NCBI GenBank assembly: GCA_039591655.1 | Contig: JBDHDE010000009.1 | Coordinates: 1-64,000 of the forward strand | DNA: 64,000 bases | Direction of reading: 5' to 3' | Source: Gemmatimonadota bacterium | GTDB lineage: Bacteria > Gemmatimonadota > Gemmatimonadetes > Gemmatimonadales > GWC2-71-9 | Position numbers and translations under genes: made by a program | The notes under the pieces: model-generated | What the model saw: only the letters and a program-made list of their open reading frames with translations | Told to the model about the DNA's origin: nothing | Databases searched by the model: none | Shown: positions 28,674-38,103 of the stretch, piece after piece | How positions within the stretch are numbered: position 1 is the first letter of the stretch | Layout: every line of letters begins with the position of its first letter

Positions 28674-29684
28674 ATGACAGAAGGAACAGGGGTCCCCTCG
28701 GCACGCCCCCGGAAGGTGCTCAAGGACATCGCCGCGTTGAGCTGGGAGCACCCTGCCGACCGTGCGGCGCTGCAAGCCGTCCGTGCCGTCCCCGGTTTCA
28801 ACGAGGCCGTGAAGAAGATCGTGGGCTTCTTCGGGGAGCGGGGCATCCGCCTGATCTTCCAGGCCAACGCGGTACGCGTGGGCCCCAAGCAGTTCCCCAA
28901 GCTGCACACCCTGATGACCGAAGTGACCGCCACGATGGACTGGCCGGAGCAGCCCGAGCTGTTCGTGACGCAGACGCCCATCGTGAACGCCGGCGCCTTC
29001 GGCGTGGACCACCCGTTCATAGTGATCAACTCGGGCGCCATGGGGTTGCTGGACGACGACGAGCTGCGGGTCCTCCTGGGACACGAGCTGGGCCACGTGA
29101 TGAGCGGGCACGCGCTGTACCGCACCGTGACCATCCTGATCCTCACCCTCGGGTTCCAGAACCTGCCCTTCCTCGCCGGCATCGTGCTGCTACCCATCAA
29201 GCTGGCGCTGCTCGAGTGGTACCGAAAGAGCGAGCTCTCATCCGACCGGGCCGGTCTGCTTGCGAGTCAGGACCCGACGGCGTCGATGCGGGTGTTCCTC
29301 AAGCTCGCCGGCGGAGGCAGCATGGGGGAGACGGATCTCGCGACCTTCATGGAGCAGGCCCGCGAGTACCAGGAGATGGGCGGCCCGGTGGACGCCATCT
29401 ACAAGATCCTCAACATGCTGGGGATGACCCACCCGTTCCACACCCTGCGGGCGGCCGAGCTGCAGAGCTGGATCGACGAAGGGGTCTACGAGCGCATGCT
29501 GGCCGGCGAATACACGCACCGCGGCGAGGAGGAGAAGGAGCGGCCCATCACGGTCGACATCGGGGAGGCAGCCAAGCACTACGCCGAAGAGGCCAAGCAC
29601 ACGGTTTCGCAGATGACCGAGGCCGCCAAGCGGGCCGCATCCGCCTTCACCGACGCGTTCAAGGACAAGGGCGAGAAGAAGTGA
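28674..29684 (+). CDS. M48 family Zn metallopeptidase
   Basis: HELGH, ELSSDRAG, THP. Confidence 0.9.
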   Translation: MTEGTGVPSARPRKVLKDIAALSWEHPADRAALQAVRAVPGFNEAVKKIVGFFGERGIRLIFQANAVRVGPKQFPKLHTLMTEVTATMDWPEQPELFVTQTPIVNAGAFGVDHPFIVINSGAMGLLDDDELRVLLGHELGHVMSGHALYRTVTILILTLGFQNLPFLAGIVLLPIKLALLEWYRKSELSSDRAGLLASQDPTASMRVFLKLAGGGSMGETDLATFMEQAREYQEMGGPVDAIYKILNMLGMTHPFHTLRAAELQSWIDEGVYERMLAGEYTHRGEEEKERPITVDIGEAAKHYAEEAKHTVSQMTEAAKRAASAFTDAFKDKGEKK

Positions 29685-30955
29685 AGGTCCTCGTCGTCGG
29701 CGGCGGCGGGCGGGAGCACGTGCTCTGTTGGGCGCTATCCCAGTCCGCCGCCGTTTTTTGCGCGCCGGGCAACCCCGGCACCGCGCAGCTCGGCACCAAC
29801 CTGCCCGTCGACCCGAGCGACCACGGGGCCGTCGTCCGGGCGGTCCGGGAGCACGGCATCGATCTCACCGTCGTGGGCCCGGAGGCGCCGCTGGTGGCCG
29901 GCCTGGTGGACGACCTGGCCGCGGCGGGGCACCGCGCCTTCGGCCCCACGGCCCGGGCCGCCCGCATCGAGGGCTCCAAGGCCTACGCGAAGGAGGTCAT
30001 GTTCGCCGCGGGCGTGCCCACGGCCGGCAGCCGCACATTCAGCGACAAGACCCCGTGCCTGGAGTACATCGGGTCCCATGCCGAGCCCCTGGTGGTCAAG
30101 GCCTCGGGGCTCGCCGCGGGGAAGGGGGCCATCGTCTGTGAGACCCGGACCGTGGCCGCCACCGCCGCCCAGGAGATGTTCGCCGGCAGGTTCGGCGACG
30201 CCGGGCGGGAGGTCGTGGTGGAGGAGTACCTCACCGGCGAGGAGCTCTCGATCCTGGCGCTGACCGACGGCGAGCAGGTGATGCTCCTGCCGGCGTCCCA
30301 GGACCACAAGCGCATCGGCGAGGGCGACACCGGGCCCAACACCGGCGGCATGGGCGCCTATACACCGGTCTCCATCGCCGACGAGGCCCTGCTCCAGCGG
30401 GCGGACCGCGACGTCATCCGGCCTGTGCTCGCCCGGCTGGCCGCCGACGGGGCGCCGTACCGGGGAGTCCTCTACGCGGGGCTCATGGTGGACGACGTAG
30501 GCAACGCCAAGGCACTCGAGTTCAACTGCCGGTTCGGCGACCCCGAGGCGCAGGTCGTGCTACCGGCGGCCGACCTGGACCTGGCCGACCACCTGTGGCG
30601 CATCGCCGCCGGCGAGTCCTGGACGCCTCCGATGGCCGCCTGCCCCGCCACCCGGGCCGCCGTCACGACGGTGGTCGCGTCACCCGGCTACCCCGCTGCC
30701 CCGAAGACGGGGGCGGCCATCAGCCTGCCGGAGCTTCCCAATAACACGCTGCTGTTCCACGCCGGGACGACCCTCGACGAGGGCGGCACCCTGCGCACCG
30801 CCGGCGGACGGGTCCTCAACGCCACGGGACTCGGTCGCGACGTGTCCGAGGCCGCCGAGGCGAGCCGGCGGCTCGCCGAGCAGATCGACTTCCAGGGCCG
30901 GGTGTACCGGCGAGACATCGCGTGGCGCGAGGTAGCGCGTGCCGGAGCTTCCTGA
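29681..30955 (+). CDS. purD: phosphoribosylamine--glycine ligase
   Basis: GGGGREH, PGNPG, GPEAPL, DTGPNTGGMG, EFNCRFGDPE. Confidence 0.96.
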   Translation: MKVLVVGGGGREHVLCWALSQSAAVFCAPGNPGTAQLGTNLPVDPSDHGAVVRAVREHGIDLTVVGPEAPLVAGLVDDLAAAGHRAFGPTARAARIEGSKAYAKEVMFAAGVPTAGSRTFSDKTPCLEYIGSHAEPLVVKASGLAAGKGAIVCETRTVAATAAQEMFAGRFGDAGREVVVEEYLTGEELSILALTDGEQVMLLPASQDHKRIGEGDTGPNTGGMGAYTPVSIADEALLQRADRDVIRPVLARLAADGAPYRGVLYAGLMVDDVGNAKALEFNCRFGDPEAQVVLPAADLDLADHLWRIAAGESWTPPMAACPATRAAVTTVVASPGYPAAPKTGAAISLPELPNNTLLFHAGTTLDEGGTLRTAGGRVLNATGLGRDVSEAAEASRRLAEQIDFQGRVYRRDIAWREVARAGAS

Positions 30956-31775
30956 GGTCGAGACGATCGTCCGCGACCTCCGCCCGACGCTCACCGGCCG
31001 AACCCTCACCAACCCCAAGCTCCACCACAGCGACGTCCTACGGCGGGTGAGTCGCGCCCGGCTGCTGCGCACCCTGAGCCGCAAGCGAGTAGAGCAGGTT
31101 GCCCGGCGGGCGAAGCACGTCGTGCTGGTCCTGGCCGGCGGCCACCGGCTCGTGATCCAGCCGAGAATGACGGGCAGCCTCATCGTGCATGACCGGCGCC
31201 TCACGGCCGACGAGCGGCGCTATGTAGTGCTCGAGGCCGGGATCGGCGGCGGCGCGCGCCTCGTGTACCGCGACGTACGCCGGCTCGGCACCATATGGTT
31301 GTTGGACGATCGGGGGTGGCAGTCCTATACTGCGCGCATCGGTCCCGAGCCGTTGGACGCCGACTTTGGCGCAGCCGATTTCGCGGCACGGATGCGCGGC
31401 ACCCGTCAGGCCATCAAGAAGGCGTTGATGGATCAGCGGCGACTGGCCGGCGTGGGGAACATCTACGCCAACGAAGCCCTCTTCCGGGCGGGGATCGACC
31501 CGTCACGCCGCACCGACCGGCTGGCGCGGGGCGACCTCGAGCGCTTGTACCGCACCGTGCGCGACGTCCTGGAGGAGGCCATCGCCGCGAAGGGCACCAC
31601 CGTCCGGGACTACCGCACCGGAACCGGCGAGGCGGGATCGTTTCAGGAGGTCCTGCTGGTCTACGGCCGGGGCGGGGAGCCATGCACGCGGTGCAGTGCC
31701 CGGCTCGCGACCACCCACGCCATCGACGGTCGGGCCACCACGTTCTGCTGGCGTTGCCAGGGGAGCCGAGAATGA
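30939..31775 (+). CDS. mutM: formamidopyrimidine-DNA glycosylase
   Basis: MPELPEVE, GVGNIYANE, C-terminal zinc finger. Confidence 0.95.
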   Translation: MPELPEVETIVRDLRPTLTGRTLTNPKLHHSDVLRRVSRARLLRTLSRKRVEQVARRAKHVVLVLAGGHRLVIQPRMTGSLIVHDRRLTADERRYVVLEAGIGGGARLVYRDVRRLGTIWLLDDRGWQSYTARIGPEPLDADFGAADFAARMRGTRQAIKKALMDQRRLAGVGNIYANEALFRAGIDPSRRTDRLARGDLERLYRTVRDVLEEAIAAKGTTVRDYRTGTGEAGSFQEVLLVYGRGGEPCTRCSARLATTHAIDGRATTFCWRCQGSRE

Positions 31776-32791
31776 GGATCGCCGTGGTCTTCGACACCCC
31801 GAATGACGGGTGGGAGGACGAGGACTTCAAGCGGGAAGTCGCTGCCGAGGTGGACGAGGCTGAGTACGAGGTGGCCGAGGCCCTGATGGAGTACGGCCAC
31901 GACGTGCTCCTCGTGGGCGTCCACGACGACCTGCACCACATGTTCGTGCGGCTGGCCGGGTTCCGACCGGAGCTGGTGTTCAACTGCGCCGAGGCGTTTC
32001 ACGAGCGGCCGCGGCTCGACTACATCCTCCCCGCACTGCTGGAGGCGGAGGGTTACCACTACACCGGCTCACCGCCGACCTCGCTTCAGATCACCCGCAA
32101 CAAGGCGATGAGCAAGAAGCTCCTCGCCTACCACGGGGTGCCGGTGCCGCGGTTCGTCACGTTCCGCCGCACCGAGAAGGTCTCTGCGGCGCCCGAGATT
32201 CCCTTTCCCCTCATTGTGAAGCCGCTCCAGGAAGACGCGTCCGCGGGCATCGCGCAGGCCTCGATCGTGCAGGACCTAGAGACCCTGGCCGAGCGGGTCC
32301 ACTTCATCCACGAGAGCTTCTCGCAGCCGGCCATCGCGGAGGAGTTCATCGACGGCCGGGAGCTCTACGTCAGCGTGCTGGGCAACGGCGACCGGCTCGA
32401 GGTCCTGCCCATCATCGAGATGGTGTTCGACAAGCGGAAGAACCGACCGGAGGAGCGCATCGCCACCAAGGCCGCGAAGTGGGACACGCCGTACCGTGAC
32501 GGGAGGGGCATCAAGAACGTGTTCGCGCGGCCCATCTCCCAGGAGGCGCGGAACCGGATCGAGGACGTGTGTCGCACGGCGTTCCGGGCCCTATGGCTGC
32601 GGGATTACGCACGGGTCGACGTGCGGCTCACGCAGGACGACCAACCCTACGTAGTGGAGGTCAACGCCAACCCCTTCATCAGCTTCGGACACGACACCGC
32701 GAACGCGGCGGAGAAGGTCGGATTAGACTTCTACGCGTTCATCGACCGCATCGTGCAGGAGGCCCTCTCCCGGTATGAGCCCCAATCGTAG
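31772..32791 (+). CDS. Ddl-like ATP-grasp ligase
   Basis: LVFNCAE, YTGS, IVKP..EDASAGI, EEFIDGRE, YARVDVR, EVNANP; lacks the Ddl GGxSxE and LHG motifs. Confidence 0.88.
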   Translation: MRIAVVFDTPNDGWEDEDFKREVAAEVDEAEYEVAEALMEYGHDVLLVGVHDDLHHMFVRLAGFRPELVFNCAEAFHERPRLDYILPALLEAEGYHYTGSPPTSLQITRNKAMSKKLLAYHGVPVPRFVTFRRTEKVSAAPEIPFPLIVKPLQEDASAGIAQASIVQDLETLAERVHFIHESFSQPAIAEEFIDGRELYVSVLGNGDRLEVLPIIEMVFDKRKNRPEERIATKAAKWDTPYRDGRGIKNVFARPISQEARNRIEDVCRTAFRALWLRDYARVDVRLTQDDQPYVVEVNANPFISFGHDTANAAEKVGLDFYAFIDRIVQEALSRYEPQS

Positions 32792-33803
32792 GCGGAAGTC
32801 CCGCCACCCCGTCCCCACGCCCGAGCTGCGCTGCGCCTGCGGGCACGAGCTGAAGCGCTATTGGCCCTTCTGTCCGTGGTGCGGCCGCAAGCAGGTGTGG
32901 CGCGACGAGCCGCCCGTGACGGACGCGGAGTGCTACAGGTGCGGCTGGGTGGTGTCGGACTTTCACAGCTTCTGTCCCTGGTGCGGCACCGACATCTACG
33001 AGGAGGGCTACTCCAGCGAGCCCATGAAGGCGCCGAAGGGCTTCCGGTTCGACGCCCGCTGCGATTGGGGCTGCGGCGGGGGACTCCAGTACCCGATGCC
33101 GTGCTGCCCCTGGTGCGGCCGGGACCAGGAGTGGCGGGACTGGGATGAAGAAGGTTACGACGGCTCGTGTCCCCACTGCCACCGCGGCGTGAACGACTGG
33201 ATGGAGGCGTGCCCTTGGTGCGGCAAGGACCCCACGGGACGGGATCTGATCCCCCGGGCGCTGCGACAGGTGCGGGACCTCCTCCGAGCATCCCGCATCA
33301 AGGACTGGGGCTATCGGGTCGTGTTGCGCCCCGGCGTCTCGGGAGTGGATCCCAAGGCCCCCAAGATCATCGAGATCGACTGGGACCACGTGCTGAAGGC
33401 GCGGGGGCGGACCGAGATCCCGTGGAGGACTCTGGTGGGGCTGATCTGTCACGAGGCCGGACACAGCTTTCTGTACCACCACTGGTCCTGGACCAGGACC
33501 CCGGCGTTCAAGAACGTCTTCGGCGAGGTCCACAAGGCATACCGGGTGCGGGACGACACCTGGGTCGATATGCAACGCCGCCGCGTGAGCACCGCGAAGG
33601 CGGAGTACGTAAGCGCCTATGCGTCGAACCATCCCCTGGAGGACTTCGCTGAGACCTTCCGGTTCTACGTGGTGCGCCGGGGGCGCATGCGGGAGCTGCT
33701 AGCGGAGCTGGGACGCAAGCGCAAGGCGGTGATCGTGTACGAGAAGTTCCTCGCGCTGCACCACTACCTGCGCCACCTCCGGTTACTGCGGCGATCGTGG
33801 TAA
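32775..33803 (+). CDS. multi-zinc-ribbon protein fused to a putative zinc metallopeptidase
   Basis: Eight Cys pairs including four CPWCG; HEAGH; YVSAYASNHPLEDFAETF. Confidence 0.85.
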   Translation: MSPNRRRKSRHPVPTPELRCACGHELKRYWPFCPWCGRKQVWRDEPPVTDAECYRCGWVVSDFHSFCPWCGTDIYEEGYSSEPMKAPKGFRFDARCDWGCGGGLQYPMPCCPWCGRDQEWRDWDEEGYDGSCPHCHRGVNDWMEACPWCGKDPTGRDLIPRALRQVRDLLRASRIKDWGYRVVLRPGVSGVDPKAPKIIEIDWDHVLKARGRTEIPWRTLVGLICHEAGHSFLYHHWSWTRTPAFKNVFGEVHKAYRVRDDTWVDMQRRRVSTAKAEYVSAYASNHPLEDFAETFRFYVVRRGRMRELLAELGRKRKAVIVYEKFLALHHYLRHLRLLRRSW

Positions 33804-34912
33804 CCGGCGCCCTCGCCCTACCCCTCGGCGATCTGGCGCTGCTGAAGCGCCGGGTCTCTGCTCTCGCCGAGAACCGGCCGGCCGTCTACCGCATGCTCGA
33901 CCCCACCGGCCGCGTGGTGTATGTGGGCAAGGCGAAACGCCTGCGCGGAAGGCTCATGTCTTACTTCCGAGCCGATTACCCCGAGGACAAGGCGGCCCGC
34001 ATCCTCCACGCAACCGCCGACATTCAGTGGGACTACGTGCCCTCCGAGTTCGCGGCGCTACTGGGCGAGCTGCGGCAGATCCGGCGCTACCGGCCGGTCT
34101 TCAACGTGCGCATGAACCGGGCGCGCCGGGTAGGATTCATCAAGATCTCCGGGGGGGCCGCGCCGAAAGTCTACGTGGGCAACACCGTCGGCGGTGACGA
34201 AGTGCAGCACTACGGCCCCTTCACCGGCGTCGGTCGTTTGAAGGAGAGCGTGAAGGTCCTCAACGACTTGCTGGGTCTGCGCGACTGCGCGCTCAACATG
34301 CCCGTGGCGTATTCGGAGCAGGGAGACCTGTTCGCCCCGCAGCGCCGCGCCGCGTGCCTGCGCCACGAGCTCGGTACCTGCACGGGACCGTGCGGCGGCT
34401 TCGTGGCCGAGCCGGAGTACCGCCACCGCGTGGCCGCTGCCACCGACTTCATCGAGGCCCGTGCCACCGAGCCGCTGGACGGCGTGATCGAGGAGATGAC
34501 GACGGCCAGCGATCGGGACCACTTCGAGCGCGCTGCCTGGTGGCGCGACAAGTTCGAGGTGCTCACGTGGCTGCTGGGCGCGTGCACCCGGGCGCACGCC
34601 GCCCTCGAGAGCCTGAGCTTCGTGTACACCGATCCCGGCGTCTACGGCGACGACCGCGCGTACGTCATCCGCCGTGCCACTGTGTGCGCAGCGGCTCCCG
34701 CGCCCCACACACCAATCGAGCTGGAGGCGTTCCGGTCACTGGTGGCCGAGCATGCCGGGGGCGACCCGGAGCCCGGACCGATCCCACCTGGAGCACTGGA
34801 CGAGACGTTGCTCGTGCTGTCCTGGTTCCGGCGCAAGCCCGGCGCCATGAGGCGCACGGTTGCGCTGCACGAGTGGCTCGAGCGGCATGGACCGCGGGAG
34901 ACGCACGCGTGA
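33797..34912 (+). CDS. UvrC N-terminal-like (Cho-like) GIY-YIG nuclease
   Basis: PAVYRM..YVGKAKRLR.RL.SYF, Cys cluster, UVR motif FERAAWWRD. Confidence 0.85.
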   Translation: MVTGALALPLGDLALLKRRVSALAENRPAVYRMLDPTGRVVYVGKAKRLRGRLMSYFRADYPEDKAARILHATADIQWDYVPSEFAALLGELRQIRRYRPVFNVRMNRARRVGFIKISGGAAPKVYVGNTVGGDEVQHYGPFTGVGRLKESVKVLNDLLGLRDCALNMPVAYSEQGDLFAPQRRAACLRHELGTCTGPCGGFVAEPEYRHRVAAATDFIEARATEPLDGVIEEMTTASDRDHFERAAWWRDKFEVLTWLLGACTRAHAALESLSFVYTDPGVYGDDRAYVIRRATVCAAAPAPHTPIELEAFRSLVAEHAGGDPEPGPIPPGALDETLLVLSWFRRKPGAMRRTVALHEWLERHGPRETHA

Positions 34913-35892
34913 CGGATATGCTGTTCGCGCTGGCGAGGCTGGCGGCGGGGCTGGCGGTTCTCTTCGTGGGCGGCCATTACCTGGTGCGCGGCGCCTCCGC
35001 CGCGGCGCTGCTGGCCCGGGTGTCCACGACGGTCGTTGCCCTCACCGTGGTGGCGATGGGAACGAGTCTCCCAGAGCTCGCGGTGAGCCTGGACGCCGCC
35101 GCCCGGGGCTCCACCGACATCGCCTACGGCAACATCATCGGCTCCAGCATCTTCAACATCGGCGCGATTCTCGGTATCGCGGCGATCATCGCGGTCATCC
35201 CCGTGCGGCGGCAGACCATTCGCGGCGAGTATCCCATCATGTTCGTCGCCGCCTGCCTCGTGCTGTTGCTGGCCCGGGACGGCCGCGTGGACCGGCTCGA
35301 GGGCGGGTTTCTCATCATCGGCCTCGGCATGTTCATCGCCTATACCGTGTATCTGGCGCGCCGTGGGTTGAGCCCCACCGAGGCCACCAGCCTCGAGCGC
35401 GACGTGAAGCGGGCGGCCCACCTGAAGCACGGAGCCGGGCGGGCATGGGGGGGGAACATCGCCCTGGTGCTGTTCGGGCTCGCTGCTCTGGCGGGTGGCG
35501 CCCATCTCGCCGTGGCCGGTGCGGTCGAGGCCGGGCAGATCTTCGGCATCGAGGAGCGGGTCATCGGCCTCACCATCATCGCCATGGGCACTAGCCTGCC
35601 CGAGCTGTCCACCTGCGTGGCGGCGACGTACCAGAAGGAGCCCGAGATCGCCCTGGGAAATGTCATCGGCTCCAACATCTTCAACCTGCTGGCCATCCTG
35701 GGCGTCACGGCCGCCGCGGTCCCCGTGCCGGTGCACGCGCGCTCCCTGGCGCTGGACAACTGGGTGATGCTCGGATTCGTCGTGGTTCTCTACCCCATGA
35801 TGCGCTGGGGGAATCGCGTATCACGGCGGGACGGGCTCGTGCTGCTGGCGGGGTTCCTGGTCTACATGGGGTATGTGGTGGTGAAGGGGTAG
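34909..35892 (+). CDS. calcium/sodium antiporter (YrbG family)
   Basis: Two GTSLPEL alpha repeats; GNIIGS and GNVIGSN. Confidence 0.93.
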   Translation: MTDMLFALARLAAGLAVLFVGGHYLVRGASAAALLARVSTTVVALTVVAMGTSLPELAVSLDAAARGSTDIAYGNIIGSSIFNIGAILGIAAIIAVIPVRRQTIRGEYPIMFVAACLVLLLARDGRVDRLEGGFLIIGLGMFIAYTVYLARRGLSPTEATSLERDVKRAAHLKHGAGRAWGGNIALVLFGLAALAGGAHLAVAGAVEAGQIFGIEERVIGLTIIAMGTSLPELSTCVAATYQKEPEIALGNVIGSNIFNLLAILGVTAAAVPVPVHARSLALDNWVMLGFVVVLYPMMRWGNRVSRRDGLVLLAGFLVYMGYVVVKG

Positions 35893-35895
35893 GTC

Positions 35896-36369
35896 CTACA
35901 GCTCCACGATCCGTGCCCTTGGCGGAATCCCCGGCTCCAGCTCCATGATGCCCACTGACGGCGCCAGCCCGGAGCGGCCAGGACCCGCCGATCCCGGGTT
36001 CATCACCGTGACCGTCTTGTCCACCAGCTCGAGCAGCGGCCTGTGGGTGTGGCCGTACACTATGATCTCGGCGTCGGGGAACGCCTGGCGCAGGGCCTGC
36101 GGGTTGGGGGAACCGAGCTGATCACCGTGGGTCACCGTCACCAGGAAGCCATCCAGCTCCAGCTGGGCTACCTGCGGGCAGCGTTGTCGGATCTCGAACC
36201 CGTCCATGTTGCCGTACACCGCGGTCACCGGCGCCAGGGCCTCGAGCTCGGTGAGCACATCCGCCGGGCCGACGTCGCCGCCGTGCAGGATGTGATCGAC
36301 CTCCGCGAAGACATCGAACACCTGCGGGCGTAGCTTCCCGTGGGTATCGGAGATGACGCCGAGGCGCAC
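35896..36369 (-). CDS. YfcE/MJ0936 metallophosphoesterase
   Basis: SDTHG, GD, GNMD, HG, GHTH, NPGS. Confidence 0.92.
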   Translation of the reverse strand: MRLGVISDTHGKLRPQVFDVFAEVDHILHGGDVGPADVLTELEALAPVTAVYGNMDGFEIRQRCPQVAQLELDGFLVTVTHGDQLGSPNPQALRQAFPDAEIIVYGHTHRPLLELVDKTVTVMNPGSAGPGRSGLAPSVGIMELEPGIPPRARIVEL

Positions 36370-36371
36370 GC

Positions 36372-36953
36372 TCAGCCCTGCCAGCGGGGAACGAGCTGAG
36401 CGTCCACCTCCATGTGGTCCAGCACCCGCTGCACGATGAAGTCCACCAGCTCCCCGACCTGCTGTGGCCGGTGGTAGAACCCCGGCGTTGCCGGCATCAC
36501 CACGGCGCCCGCCTCGGTGACCGCAGCCATGTTCCGCAGGTGGACCAGCGAGAGGGGCGTCTCCCGGGGGACGAGGATCAGGGGCCGGCGTTCCTTGAGC
36601 GTCACGTCGGCGGCCCGCTCGATGAGGGAGCGGCTGCTGCCCTGGGCGATGGCCGAGAGGGTGCCCATCGAGCAGGGACAGACGACCATCCCTGCGGTGC
36701 GGGCCGAGCCCGAGGCCGGGGCGGCGCCGCGGTCACCGTTGTCGTATGGGGTGACGCTGGACCAGTCCCCCCCGGTAGCCTCCTTGAGCTCGGCCTCCGA
36801 GCCCACACCCGTCTCCGTCCGGAGCAGACGCCAGCCGTGGCTCGAGACCACCAGCATCAGCGGCACCTGATGGCGCGCCAGCACCTCCAGCAACCGGACC
36901 GCATAGGGGCCACCCGACGCGCCGGTGATGCCCAGCACCCAGGGAGCGCTCAT
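36372..36953 (-). CDS. ubiX: flavin prenyltransferase UbiX
   Basis: GITGASG, PCSMGTL, RAADVTLKERR, PRETP, PGFY. Confidence 0.95.
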   Translation of the reverse strand: MSAPWVLGITGASGGPYAVRLLEVLARHQVPLMLVVSSHGWRLLRTETGVGSEAELKEATGGDWSSVTPYDNGDRGAAPASGSARTAGMVVCPCSMGTLSAIAQGSSRSLIERAADVTLKERRPLILVPRETPLSLVHLRNMAAVTEAGAVVMPATPGFYHRPQQVGELVDFIVQRVLDHMEVDAQLVPRWQG

Positions 36954-37207
36954 TGTCCCCTCCGGTTGGGCGTCGGGGTCTTGTGGGGGTGGCGCAGCGG
37001 GCCCGACGGAGGGGGGGCCTTGGGCCCTTTGGGGAAGGGAGAAGGGGACATGGGGAACGGGCCCTTCCCCTCCCCGCTCCCACCGGACGAGCGCTGCCCG
37101 CGGCGCCGCGGCTTGCCCTTCCCGCTACCCCGTTTCCTCTCTCCGGAGGTCGCACCCTTCCCCTTTCCCCCTTCTCCCTTCCCAGCAGTCTTTCGTTTCC
37201 CGCTCAT
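36950..37207 (-). CDS. 85-aa basic low-complexity ORF encoded by a palindromic insert
   Basis: ATGA overlaps with both neighbours; G/K/R-rich then P-rich. Confidence 0.45.
   Translation of the reverse strand: MSGKRKTAGKGEGGKGKGATSGERKRGSGKGKPRRRGQRSSGGSGEGKGPFPMSPSPFPKGPKAPPPSGPLRHPHKTPTPNRRGQ
37032..37183. repeat. inverted repeat built from 7-mer purine/pyrimidine units
   Basis: GGGAAGGGAGAAGGGG (37032-37047) and CCCCTTCTCCCTTCCC (37168-37183), extending imperfectly inward. Confidence 0.85.
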
Positions 37208-38103
37208 ACCAGCCTATCCCCCAGGGCAAACCCAAAGACCACGATGCTCATGATCCCGTTCATGCGGAAGAACGCCGCATCGAGGCGGCTCAGATCGCCG
37301 GGCTTCACGAGCTGGTGCTCCCAAGCCAGGATCAGCGCCGCCACCGCCACCCCGACGTAATACACCGGGCCGAAACGCGTCCCCAGACCGAACGCCACCA
37401 GCATCGCCAGCGTGACCCCGTGCAGCAGCTTGGCCAACAGGATGGCGCGGCGCTGTCCCAGGAGCACCACCGCGCTGTTGAGCCCGTGCTCGCGGTCGAA
37501 CGCCTCGTCGGGCAGGGCATAGAAGATGTCGAAGCCCCCCACCCACGTGAGCACCGCTAGGCCGACGGCGGGCAGCGTCCACCACGGCACGCTCCACGCC
37601 CCGGTTACCGCCAGGTACCCGGCGGCCGGCGCGATTCCCAGGCCCGCGCCGAGCCACAGGTGACTCCACGCAGTGATGCGCTTGGTGTAGCTGTAGAACA
37701 GGATCCACGCCAACGCCAGCGGACTCAACAGCAGGCACAGCCGGTTCAGCAGGCCGGCTGCCGCCACGAGCACCGCCGCTGCCAACACCACCGATACGAC
37801 CGCCTGCGCCAACGTCAGCTTCCCGACCGGCAGCTCGCGGTACCTGGTGCGGGGGTTCAGAGCGTCGTAATGCCGGTCCACGATGCGATTGAACCCCATT
37901 GCCGCGAACCGCGCCGCCGTGAACGCCACCAAGATCAACCCGGCATGCCGCAGGGTGACCCCTTCCCCGAACGACGCATACACCACGCCGAGGAAGGCGA
38001 ACGGCAGCGCGAACACCGTGTGCGGGAGCTTGACGAAGTTGACGTAGCGCAGGAGCAGCGAGTCTCCCGCGAACGTCTGCCCCTCGAGCTGGCGCACCGT
38101 CAC
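37204..38103 (-). CDS. ubiA: UbiA-like polyprenyltransferase (MqnP-like)
   Basis: HTVFALPFA, AMGFNRIVDRHYDALNPRT, YSYTKR, FDIFYA. Confidence 0.92.
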   Translation of the reverse strand: MTVRQLEGQTFAGDSLLLRYVNFVKLPHTVFALPFAFLGVVYASFGEGVTLRHAGLILVAFTAARFAAMGFNRIVDRHYDALNPRTRYRELPVGKLTLAQAVVSVVLAAAVLVAAAGLLNRLCLLLSPLALAWILFYSYTKRITAWSHLWLGAGLGIAPAAGYLAVTGAWSVPWWTLPAVGLAVLTWVGGFDIFYALPDEAFDREHGLNSAVVLLGQRRAILLAKLLHGVTLAMLVAFGLGTRFGPVYYVGVAVAALILAWEHQLVKPGDLSRLDAAFFRMNGIMSIVVFGFALGDRLV

